From Oculina patagonica (lineage: Eukaryota), in NCBI RefSeq assembly GCF_052425735.1, contig NC_135763.1, forward strand, positions 33,356,001-33,420,000: a stretch of DNA of 64,000 bases, read 5' to 3'. Positions within the stretch are counted from its first letter, which is position 1. Each line of letters starts with the position of its first letter. The position numbers and the translations under genes were made by a program. This document shows positions 38,280 through 50,008 of the stretch, piece by piece. A model generated the notes under the pieces. The model searched no databases and was not told the DNA's origin. It worked only from the letters and a program-made list of their open reading frames with translations.

Positions 38280-41200
38280 TTATGTTAGTTTCTCAAGAGC
38301 ATCAACGTCATCGGTCTCCAAGTGTACAATTTTCTTCCCAAAGTGTTCTTCGATTTTCTTCATGACCGCCATAGACCGCTGACCGTCAATAAAGTTCACT
38401 GCAATGCCGCTCTTGCCGAACCTGCCTGTCCGGCCAATCCGGTGGAGGTATGTTTCGAAATCTGGTTTACCCGTAGGGTCAACAGGCATGTCATAATTCA
38501 CCACAACTGTTACCTGCAATAATCAAAGAAATGACGTTACTATCCAGACAGGTCGAGGGCGCGCGGAGTTTGCGTGCAAGACGTGCGTGGCAAAAAATGC
38601 GCGAGCACGTCGCGCGTCAGATTCGGAACGTTTCGTAGCCACTTTTACACGAACTTCGCGCATTAAGGTTTTGTTACACGGGACAACAGGCAACAGCGAT
38701 TTTTCGCGCGCAACAATGTTGGGCGAAAAATCGTTCACCGTGTAACATGGTACCGGGGACGATTTTTTGCGCACCTTTTGACTCGGCAACACGTTGGGAG
38801 TTTTTGAACCCAAGTCAAAAACTCACAACGCAAGATGACGAATATTTAGAAAGTTGGCTCGTGCGACAGGGTCGCCGTCGAGTTTTCGAGCAACACCTTC
38901 CCAGAATTCTGTTCAACATGGCCTGGACGCGCGCGCGAAAAGTTGCGAGTTGGCGTTGCGCTGAAAATCGTCTCGTGTAACATGCATGTTGCCAAGTACA
39001 TTTTCTATGATGTTGCGCGAAAAGTTGACGCGGTGTTGCGCGAAAAATCGTTGTTGCAAGTTGTCCCCTAACATCACCTTTATTACGGAGCGTGGAGCGT
39101 CGAGTTGACACAAAAGACCTTCCGCTCTGAAAAAAAACCTTAAACCTTCGCTTCAAAGAATCATACATTGTGGATTTGTGCTCCTTTAGAGGCAACCAGA
39201 AAGCTTATCATTTAAAACGGGCGACTTTGAGCTATCAACCTATAATAACCTTGTTGATCGTGCTTGACGGTGTAGCTCCGGCAAGTACTGAACAACAACA
39301 ATACTTTATTTCTACAACAAGACAAAATGTCGTAGAGACCCGCAAGTATTACACCCCAAGCAGTGAGTGACTAATCTGCCAATCGTCTCACCAAAATTCG
39401 CAAGTGCTATATAGAGGATAATACATGGTTGCGCGGAGATATGAAATTTATCTTCGAGTGTGCAAATCGATATCTCACGAGTGAACGCAGCGAACGAGCG
39501 AGATATCAATTTGAACACGAGAAGATAAATTTCATATCTCCAAGTAACCATGTATTATTCTGTTTATAATATAAACCTATTAATAACGAGGTTTTTGACG
39601 ATTTTCCGAAGATTTTCAAAATGTTGTCTGAAGGTCGTACGAACGTTTCCGAACATTTTCCGAACTTTTCCGCAAATTTGCGAAGATTGCCGAGGAATAT
39701 CCAAGGATGTTTCGACTTACCGTATTTACTCCAATAAGCGCCGCCCTCGAATAAGCGCCGCATTTGGGACAAAAAAGTTGCCGCCCCCGAATAAGCGCCA
39801 CAGTCCCGATGCGGCGCTTATTCGAGGAATTCCGTTTTACAAAAACTGCACTACAAAGCAACTCTAAAACAAACTTGGATATTTCTTTTCATCAAAAGCG
39901 ATGTTTTGCAGTTCACAGTGATGGTTTTACTGCTCGCCCATTTGTTTTCTTCCCAACATTCTTACAATACGTAGTTCTGTAAATGTTGTGAAGGCCGCGA
40001 ACTTTGCCAGGACAGCTAGCACCACTTCTCTCTTCAGCAAGAGACGAATACTGACAATCATAAGATGCTATTTTTAATAAATGTAAAATATAAGATTTTA
40101 TCTTTGCGTCCAAATTTTAAATAAGCGCTGCCCTTAAATAAGCGCCAACCTCAAATAAGCGCCGCACTTGAGGAGCGAAAAGTTTAATAAGCGCCGCGGT
40201 GCTTATTCGAGTAAATACGGTAATATTGACAAACTTTGGCTCATTGAACATGGCAAATTCTGCGAGCTGATTGGTCAACAATTATATCACATGTGTGGGT
40301 ACATGTATCATTTTTATCCACACGTGTGATACTATTTTTATAGATTTCTCCCACTTGCTATACCACTGAAGTTTATATAATATAATTATATTTACCTGTT
40401 CGACATCAATGCCCCTGGCGCACACATTAGTTGTTATGAGCAGCTTCTCTTTGCCTTCACGGAATCTGTTCAGCACCGCAATACGTTGCTCCACAGTGAT
40501 CTCGCCTGATAATAATGCCACTGCGTGACCGTCCTCAGTCATCTTCTGCGCCAACCACGAGGCTGCCTTACGAGTCTAAAAAAGCAAAAAAGGAAAAAAA
40601 AAACATCAGAAATTAATTAGGGGGAAAGCCATTTAGGTATTTGAAAGGACCCTTCAATATACAGTGGAACCTCGATATAGCGATCCTCGATATAACGATA
40701 TTCCCGGCATAACGATGAATATTCTATGTCCCGGCAAAAGTTACAGAAAAATGTATGGGACAGAACCCCGATATAGCGATCTTCGATATAACGATATTCC
40801 CGATATAACGATGAGAATTTTGCGGATTGAACGCAAAATCTTTCCCGGTATAATGATATTATCAGTACACAGTCGCAATTTAAGAAAAATATTGAATTTA
40901 ATCCCATAACATTACAGTAATCCATAATCTCTTACGTTTCTGACGACAACTTTGTACGATTATATACGAAAAATGGTACTGTATTGTAAGAATCTTTGTC
41001 CAGTAAAAAAGTATACGTTAGGTTTACCCCGAGATAACGATATTTTCGGTTACTTTACGGCCATATTGTTATATCGGGAGTTTCGATACAACGATCCCTC
41101 GATATAACGATATAATTTTACTGCTCCCTTGGCATATCGTTATATATGGGGGTTTCACTGTATCTTAAAACAGACCCACCGAACGGTCAATTCATCTAAA

Positions 41201-44200
41201 TATTTTAAAGAATTATTCAAGTGAAAATTAAGAAAAGAGATTCGGTATCCCTTCATAAGGTGTGTGAAAGGGTTACTATCTTCCTATTAAAGGAATATAA
41301 AAGGGTTGCCTTTTCTCTTGAAAATGGTGTATGAAAGGGTAGGGGTTTAAACCTCAGAGTGGAGCCTCCCCATACCCCATATATTTTTTCAAGATCCCCC
41401 TCAGAAATAAAAGCCATCAAGTACACGTACATGTGCTACCCTGTGTAAATGGGGGGGAGGGGGTAATCATATGTCAAACTTTGTAGGGGGACAAAAGGCA
41501 TTCTCGTCCCCATAGCCCTTTCGTTTCTCTTAGCTGGCTGGGCCTTGGCACGAGAAAATGAAGGGCTCTGGTGACACAGGATTTCCAGTCTTAGATTCTA
41601 GGACTTCCGGTCTTCATGTATGCAGTCATGACGTTTCAAAGGAATGTTTGAGAGAGACGTTTCGTTTTCGAATTCCGTTTAGGAATTCTTTGTTCCAAAC
41701 AGCCAATCCAAAAAAATCGAATTAATTAAAAAATCCTATGGGGACGAGAATGGACGAAAGGAAGCTAAAACCTCAAAGTAAAGACGAGTCGTGCCCCTGA
41801 GAGTACTTACATGACAAAATACAATGCACTGTCCTATGGACACAACTCCATACATGTTTGAGAGAGCCTGGAACTTGTCTTCTTTGTCCCGACACTTCAC
41901 GAAATACTGTTTGATGTTGTCCAGGCTCTCCTCTTCCCGGCGTAGCCGAATGATGAGAGGATCTGGCACGACTGTGGTCGCAAACTTCATCACCTCTTCA
42001 TCATACGTTGCTGAGAACAGAAGCATCTGGCAATCTTTGGGTAAAGTCCTGCGAAAAAGCAACAATATTATCAACCTCGTTCCCAGATTGATCATTACTT
42101 TCGTAATACAGTATGTTTACTTGTCAGGAAGCAGGTAGGATGCTTGCACAAACCTACTTTTTTCCCTGATGTTATGTGGCTAATTAGCCCTGCTATTCTG
42201 CTTGTACTTTGTTGTTGGGCAAGTTAAAAAAGAGTTTTGCCCTGCCAATTTGAACTTAAGAGCTCTTAATTCATGAAAATAAATAGAATAACCTAAAATA
42301 CTGTGACGTAGCCCCTTTAAGGAGCTCAGTGTTCTCCCTAGTTTTTAGCACAGCAGGTAACCGTAAGAAACTTTTTTAAACCGGTAAAGAAATTCCAGTA
42401 AATCCCAGCCGTTTTCTAGTCTACCTACATGAAACAGAATGTTGTCCAAATGCTGGTCGAATTTTATTTCATGACAACTTTATTATGGCCTTGCAGACCT
42501 CTTTCGCCTGCTATACAGCCTACGAAAAATTGCACAAAATCTTCTGTTGTTTTTAGGAGATATATTTGCTGTCGCTTACATGACGTACTACTTGAAAAAA
42601 TCGGCGGTCATGTTTTCTCTTTGCTACGAATTGCTGCAGCTCTTTTTTTCTTTGCATCGAATACTCTGCATTCACGACAGCGTTGTTACAAAGTTGTATT
42701 CTGAGTGCTTCTTTTAACCTGTCATCTGGATTTTGTTTTAAACACTTACGAACTTATGAGAAGAATTTGACATCGAAAGCTGCCTTTGTCTTCACCACGC
42801 GTCAGCTACGGTCAACTAAGCAATCAACTATTTTCTGCATTTTGCATGTTTTTGAAAACTGAACTATTATATGTAAGTAATATTTCTCACTTTTTGGAAT
42901 TATTTTTACCTCTTTGCCTTTGTGATTGTTTTTATTTTCAATGGACAAAGTGAAAGGACAGCAAGGATTGCTGCCGCTTTATTGTGGAATCGATCGTGGA
43001 AAATGTGCAACAACAGATGTGCACTTGCCGCGAAGTGAGAAACACCTGCAAAACTTGCTCTTTCCTCGATACCAGCCCTCAGAGATTCGGAAAGCAAAGG
43101 GAAATAAAGAATATTGAATACTAGGGTGAGTAGCACAAATTCGTAAATGAATATTGCATTTGTCAATCAGTGAACGCTTTCGGCAATTCTACTTTTCAAC
43201 AAAACCTTAATCTAGAAACTGCAAAACTCCACGAAAATTAACCTTTTGATTTGTGATCTACACACAAAACGGAAAAAACGACACCTTTTTTGTCGATTTT
43301 GTTCGTGTTTAGAAAACCTGAAATAAGTGCCAGTTTTTTCAGATAAAGTGGACTATTTTTAGGATTTCTCTCGAATATTGCTTAAGTCGATATTCTCAAG
43401 TTATTTTTAGAATTCCCTTATCACGAAAAATTCAAAACAAGAAATTTCTCGAGTTTTTTCAGCTTTTCGCTGTTCACATCAAAGCAAGAAAATGTCGGCT
43501 TTTTCCGCTTTCTCAATTTAGCCTCCTTGATGGACAGCTGTCAAAGAATGGCGTGCATTGAAACGCTTGCACCTCTTTCTCTTTTTCCCGTCATTTTTTT
43601 TCTGCATTTAAATTTGGCACCATGAAACTTGTATAAAAGATAAAGTAATGTTGACATAATAAGAAGTCAAGTAAAAGCAAAAAGAACATATACAAAGAAC
43701 GGCAATTTATTTAAGGAGAAATTTCCAGAAGTACGAAGAGACTTCCCAGAAAGTTGAAGACCTAAGCCTCATCACTTTTTCATTCATCTTAATCTTAACG
43801 CAGGTTGCCATCTTCACAGCTACAGAAGAAGTGGCACAAAAATGCACAAGCACCACAAGCCGTACAAGCATTTTCATAGTGAAGAAATTATTCAACATGA
43901 CACGAGCGTGGGACAAAGAAAAAAATCTGAGTCCCCGACGGGAATTGAACCCATGGCCTCCCAGATACCGGTTGGGCGCTCTAACTAACTGAGCTACGAC
44001 AGACTCGTTGTGAGCTTAGGCCATTTACTAGGTTGATATGTGACACGCGTCCTGCATACTGCTAGGATCAGCAATGTCGAAATCATCAAATGTGTGTCAT
44101 GTTGAATAATTTCTTCACTATTTATCACCGAGCTTGAAATTTACCATCTTTATTATTTACTAAGCATTTTCATTTCAAGCCTTTTTTGACAGTTGTCAAT

Positions 44201-47200
44201 CAAAAAGGCGAAATTGATAAAGCGGAAAAAAGTCGACATTTTTTCGTTTTGATGAGAACGTCGATAAGCTGAAAAAACTCGAGAAATTTCTCGTTTTCAC
44301 TTTTTTCGCGATAAGTGAATTAACACAATTACTTGAGAATATCGACTTAAGCAATACCTTAGAGAAATCCTAAAAATAGTCCACTTTATCTGAAAAAACT
44401 GGCACTTATTTCAGGTTTTTTAAAACACAAGTGAAATCGACAAAAAAGGTGTCGTTTTTCGTGTTGCGTGTAAATCACAATTCAAAAAGTTAATTTTTGT
44501 GGAGTTTTGCAGTTTCTAGATCAAGGTTTTATTGAAAAGTAGAATTGCCGAAAGCGTTCACTGATTTTTGTCCCTGTTTATTTTCAATCTGTTATTTTAT
44601 ATTTTCGATCATGACTACGAAGGTGAAACGAGTGGTGTTACTTTGTTTTTTACCTGTTAAATTTACAAGATATCTTAGCGAGTCTAGGCGGTAAAGAGTC
44701 GTGTTACAAGCGGTAAATTTTACCGGTTACCGCCTGATAAGGAGAACACTGGGAGCTAAGTGGTTACTGGAAAAAACGTAACTTTGTGCCCTGTATCCAG
44801 CTGAAACAACACTTACTTGTGTATTCTAATGGATTGATCTTGGTGTCCTTGTAAAGCAATCATGACATCTGCTTCATCTAATACAAACATCTTGATCTTC
44901 TTTGGATCAATGACACGGTGCCTTAAAATCCAGTCGAGCAAAGTTCCTGGTGTACCAAATATTATCTGATCTGTCACTCTCTGACCCCTTGATACTGTTA
45001 GGAAAGAAAGTTTATAAAAGTAAATACATGTACATGTTAGAAGACAGATCTGTAGTTCTCTACAGACAGACAACTAATTACTTGGGCGTATCCCAAAGGG
45101 AGCCCAAGGTTAAAATTGCCCTTTGTTTTTGTTGTTTTTTGCGTTCAGTCACAAATCGCCGTCGGGACTCTAAAGCGCATGCGTCAAGTCCCAGTCTACA
45201 CAGTACAGATGCTGTCATCGTTGAAAGTTTAATATCACGGATTCCATGATTTCTAGAGCGCAGAAATCACATACAAACAAACACGTCGTTCACAGTAGAC
45301 CCACACTTAAAGACGTTGAGCATTCTCAAAATGGGTCAGTCCTCAAGACTTACGGGAAATCAATTTATGAGTGAACCTAACGATCGAGAATCGAGTTATA
45401 CCAGATGAGCCATCAAATCTTCATCTTCAGAAGCGACATCATATTTTTAGATCGTGAACCAAATAGAATACCCGGGTAGAATACCAGTACGAACTTTAGA
45501 AAGTGGAAAGTAATCGCTTGTGCTATGCAAGAGCTGTGAAACAATCAACAAAAGACAATTGAGATTTCATCGGGTCAACTTTCTGGCGTTTACAGCTGGA
45601 TATCCCAAGAAAGAAGCCCAAGTTCACGCAGATATGCGTCTTGTTTTTTTTAAAAAAAAAGTACAACACACACTCTAGACCCAAAATAAAGTCCAGATGC
45701 TATATTTCGTAAGAACCATGAACAATTTGTACAAAATTTTGGTTATAAGCCCCCCGATTACAAGCCCATCTACCTGGAAACAAAAAAAAAATTACGGTTC
45801 CTCACTAGAACATACTGATTACAGTGTATAATATGTTATTCATGTACACGATTTGTAATTTATACCTTGTACAATGCTCTTCAGTTAGATTCATCTTACC
45901 TTTTTCACCTCTTACTGCATAGCCAATCTTTACCTCTGGGCAGAACTTGCCCATCCTCTCTGCCACTTGGCCTGTCTGTAACGCTAGCTCATAAGTTGGG
46001 GATAGGCAGATCACCTATTAGCAAAACGAAACAACAGAAAAATAGATTTTTTTAAAAACATGTGGTCCAACAACAATAAGAGCAAAGCGCAGCATGTCTG
46101 CTGTACGTCAAAATGGTTTCAGGTTAAACCTGTTTCAACCTGAAGATTCTATAATCACTTAAGGTAGCTCCATATAGTTTCATCACCTTGTGCTGCTTGT
46201 GCAAATAGTGGTACATGTAAGCTCACATGCAAATGTAATTTCAACGACTTGCAGATTAATATATTTAGCAACCTTAAAACAATTTAAATTAATTAACTGG
46301 GATTTCTTGTGTTATGTCATTGTCAGAGTGCTATATTCAGGGTGAAACAGATTAACCTTACAACATGTTTATGAAACAACTCAATAAAGGCTTACTTAAC
46401 TCTGGATCTCTTCCACCTTCCTACTTGCTACCAAGCCTAGTGATTTATTTACTGTGAGTAATAAGCATACCATATCAGAGTCAAATATAACTTGAATATT
46501 ATTACCTGTGCAAAGTTTTTTGTTGCATCCACTCTGCTAAGCATGGACAGTACAAAGGCCGCAGTCTTTCCTGTTCCTGACTGAGATTGTGCTATCATGT
46601 TATTTGGTCTAAATATTGATTGGAACAAAACAAAAGATGACAACATTTGAGTTATATATTCCACCTTGTGCCCACTTGAAACCAGCCAGTGTCACGCAGT
46701 GTCAGTTCATCGACCATTTGAGTGCCAACATGTGTCTTTTGTGATGTACATTTCTGGTGCCAATTTTGAAGAACACCACTCGAATAATTCTAGATTTACA
46801 GTCAACTCTCTCTCAACTGACACCTGTATTAGATGGACACCTCTTTAAGATGGACACCTGGTGTTGGTCCCATCCATGCCATTTTCCAGTCATTTTACCG
46901 TAAGTACACTCCCTATAAAATGGACACCTCTCTAAGACAGACAGTTGGAGCCGGTCCCGACAGTGTCCGTTTTAGAGTATTCTTGATTTAGTACTTTATC
47001 TCTTTGTGGAACGGTTTGTTCCTCATTTGCATAATACAAAAAAAATAAATATGCCGAAAAAGAAACAAGGTAATTTCAAAAAAGAAAATGCAATTCTTCT
47101 TTATTTTGAAAAGCCTTTTAAATAAGCAGCAATCATTTTTAACTTCATAAGCAGTTAAAGAGAAAAACAATTACGACAGTTTACAAGAATAATTATTTTA

Positions 47201-50008
47201 ACATCATACTCACGGGTCTGCTAAAAGCATTGGTAACGCTGTTTCTTGAATTTTGGATGGTTTGTTGAACCCCATGTCATACACACCACGGCGAAGCTGT
47301 TCTGACCTAAACATTATAATAAACAGGTGTCACAAGTAACACTCAATATTTTGCACACTTATTTTATGATCATCATTAAGATAACCTTTGTGCATATATA
47401 ATTTGCATCAGTTAAATATATAGACTTAAATTATTTTTGTTATCAAGGAACAGCTATTAGTAAAATTTCTCCCATGTTAGCAGATGCATAAACATGATCC
47501 CAAGGCCGGTACATGCTTACATAAGGATGTGTTCACACTTGTTGCCTGGGCATGGTGCCCAAGTAAGATTCCTGCAGGTTTCAGGCACAGTGCCATGCCC
47601 GAGTACTTGGAGGCACTTGCAAACTTTGGTTTTTCTGTGTCTGAACACAACGCTATTTTTGCCGATGCTCAGGTACTAGTGATTGTGTGAACACAGTTTA
47701 AAAGGGTTTGACTTCAATCAACTGTAAAAACTTTTTTGTAAATAAATGCAATGTGGACAGAGTATAGTACTTACAGGGGTAACTCTTCAAATGATTTGAC
47801 TGAGTGAAGAGGTGAACTTGGATCATTTCGCTGTACTTCAACTTCATTCTTGTTCTGGACAAGTTTGTTCCTCAAAACTTTAATTAAAAGTGAGGCCTCT
47901 GCAGCCTCCTTAGCTGTTGATGATGAGACAATAAATATCACTACAACTGCAGTACCAGCCATAATATTTGTAAGATGAGATATGAATCCTTTATTTTGAC
48001 ACAATTAGTTTTTAAGGTACAGTAGCAACCCTCCAAGTTTATTTTTTTCCTTAGTGGCCATTTGGCCACCAACTACTCAAGTTTTGGTCGCCAGTGAAAA
48101 ATTTTAGTCACCAAATTAAGCTGATGCTTTCAATCCTTCCTCTCAATGTTAGTCGCCAGGCTGGCGACCTTGGTTCAAATTTAGTCGCCAGCTCCAAAAT
48201 TTTAGTCGCCATTGCGACTAAAATGGTCTTAACTTGGAGGGTTGAGTAGTTTACATGAAATACAGTGTAGAACTGCTCATCGATTTCCAACTAAACTTTG
48301 CCAGTTGGTTGTTTACCTGAAGGGTAATTTAAATTTTGAAATTATAAAAGGTGGGTCACCGTATCTGTTTAGGAGCAGGAAGACCTTGTACAATGTATAT
48401 ACCATACAGTTCCTTAATAATTCCTTTGAAAGTACTGGCAAAGTACATGTTTTCAGTGAAAATGTATTATTCTGCCATAGAAATTTTATCTGTATTCATT
48501 TAATAGAAAGAATTTGATCGCTACTCTTGAACTAAGAGAAAAAATGATAGGTCACCGTACTTGTTTACAAGAAAGCAATGATTTATCTCTTTCGCGAGAC
48601 AAGCCGCATAGACAAAAGAGGCCATTTTGTTTGTGCGCGCGCGCTAATTACGCCTAAAATTCTGCGCAGTCAGGATGCGCAATGCAATACTAGGGGGAAT
48701 CACCTTAAGCATAACAATGCTTGTGGGATCAAATTTACATACCATCATCTTCCTCTTCCCCTTTACTTGCTGGTTTTTCCTCAGCAGGTGAAGTGACAGT
48801 TGCTGGTGTGCTGCTATTTACGGGTGCGCTGCTATTTATTTTAAGCTGATTTACCTACAAGTGATAAAACATACTTGAAGTCAAGTTAAGTGAGGTGTGA
48901 AGATTACCGGTATACAGTCATCCTGTTTTCTCGAAATATATTTTGGATCTTCATCAAATTTGGAAAGGGAGCAGATACCATATTAACAACATAATGGCAG
49001 GGTTGTCAAAAATAGCAAATTGCCACCTGCCTCGTGTTTTTGGCTGGCTACTCTGCTGGGATATCCTCAGATTCTTTAGTGAAAGATCGCAAAATTAGCC
49101 AACTTCTTCATCAACAATACAGCCACCTACTTCAAAACTTTCTGACAACCCTTTCTGACAACCCTCTGTTTTTAAAAAAAAAATGCTTCCACATGCAGAA
49201 ATTTCAAATCATTCTCACCCATCCACATTAAAATGCTAAAACAATTCAAAAACACTAATGCCGCTGATGGATCATGCACATTTACCAGTAAAATGAGTCA
49301 ACATAAGACAGCAAGTAGTATCATCGTTTTCGAAAAGTTCTGTTTTTCACCATTCACACGAAGACACAAAAATGGTGTTTTTAACAATGACTACTCTGAA
49401 GAGCATTTTTGAAAAGTTGCATTTTCAGTCACCACTTTTACCAGATTTGTGTGGACTTAGGGACAATCCACAAAGAAAAAGTCATGTTTTCAAACGAAAG
49501 TTACAGTTATGTGTGGACGGGGCCTCGTGTAAGCTTACATGAACTTAAAATAATAATAATTGGACTGTCAGAGATAAATAGTAAAAACTTTTGCTGGCTG
49601 GTCAAATTGTAAGCTGAATACCATTACAAATGAACGGAAGGCTATCCTATATATTTATATTTCTTTTCCAGGAAGAAATGCTCTAACATAAACATATTTG
49701 AGCTCAATTCTTCCTGTGTCAGACATGTTGATGTATGAAAATTACACGAATCTGGCACGAATTAGCTTATTCTTGTTGCCTATATACAATTTAGTGATCC
49801 AAAATTGTTTGATGGGACAAAAACACTGCATTTTAACGACAACTTCACACGAAAGACAACACGTTGCAGAACGGTAGGTCGCGGGCAAACTTGAGAATTT
49901 CGCACGTGTGTCGCGATATGAAATATTTGGCATGCGACAATAGCTTACTTGTCCAGTTATCTGACGTTCCTGTTCATCTACTTCGGCCGCCCAGTCTTCA
50001 TCAGCCAT
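38280..50008 (-). CDS. DDX19: ATP-dependent DEAD-box RNA helicase DDX19/DBP5 (mRNA export), 10 exons
   Basis: Exons 50008-49949, 48854-48743, 47913-47775, 47306-47214, 46608-46506 ([10 protein letters not shown]), 46014-45900 (SPTYELA), 44994-44817 (TPG, VLDEAD), 42048-41811 (SAT), 40575-40396 (ARGID) and 38513-38280 ([10 protein letters not shown]). All introns are GT-AG. The N-terminus [14 protein letters not shown] is typical of DDX19. Confidence 0.96.
38666..39079. mobile_element. PIF/Harbinger-like MITE
   Basis: AGGT(T/G)(T/A)TGTTA termini with TTA TSD; CG-rich internal repeats. Confidence 0.65.
39410..39568. mobile_element. Hairpin head of a non-autonomous element; body probably continues to ~40290, interrupted by a Tc1-like MITE
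   Basis: ATAATACATGGTT..GGAGATATGAAATTTATCTTCGAGTG / CACGAGAAGATAAATTTCATATCTCC..AACCATGTATTAT palindrome. Confidence 0.7.
39720..40220. mobile_element. Tc1/mariner(pogo)-like MITE
   Basis: TA-CCGTATTTACTC.AATAAGC ... GCTTATTCGAGTAAATACGG-TA; repeated AATAAGCGCC. Confidence 0.85.
40662..41160. mobile_element. Tc1/mariner (Tigger-like) MITE
   Basis: TA-CAGTGGAACC ... GGTTTCACTG-TA; repeated CGATATAACGA. Confidence 0.85.
41499..41752. mobile_element. MITE with 9-bp TSD
   Basis: CATTCTCGTCCCCATAG...CTATGGGGACGAGAATG; TSD GACAAAAGG / GACGAAAGG. Confidence 0.8.
43165..44566. mobile_element. Long-TIR (~390 bp) element nested in the hAT-like element
   Basis: AATCAGTGAACGCTTTCGGCAATTCTACTTTTCAA... 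inverted arms; apparent TSD TTTGTC. Confidence 0.85.
43878..44161 (-). mobile_element. tRNA-related retro-insertion with an inverted segment
   Basis: Minus-strand tRNA-like GTAGCTCAGTTAGTTAGAGCG...GGTTCAATTCCC; 12-bp TSD AAGCATTTTCAT; 26-bp inverted duplication; related fragment at ~29480-29520. Confidence 0.75.
48026..48244. mobile_element. hAT-like MITE with 5-bp TSD
   Basis: TIR CAACCCTCCAAGTT / AACTTGGAGGGTTG; TSD AGTAG; second copy from 63862. Confidence 0.85.
48265..48704. mobile_element. Kolobok-like MITE (truncated relative of 59293-59743)
   Basis: Shares GTTTAGGAGCAGGAAGACC, AGAATTTGATCGCTAC and GGATGCGCAATGCAATAC; ends ACC-TTAA. Confidence 0.7.

Larger units (their letters stand above)
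42327..44751. mobile_element. hAT-like element with 6-bp TSD, carrying two nested insertions
   Basis: TIR CAGTGTTCTCC / GGAGAACACTG; TSD GGAGCT. Confidence 0.75.

Noticed and set aside
42926-43117. Possible transposase remnant inside the outer nested element
   Set aside because: Short ORF without any recognisable transposase motif.
43935-44000. tRNA gene candidate
   Set aside because: No clean acceptor stem, and it lies inside a TSD-bounded insertion; treated as a SINE-like head.
13159-50008. U12-type (minor) introns in USP48 or DDX19
   Set aside because: The junctions I read are ordinary GT-AG without the GTATCCT/ATATCCT donor consensus.
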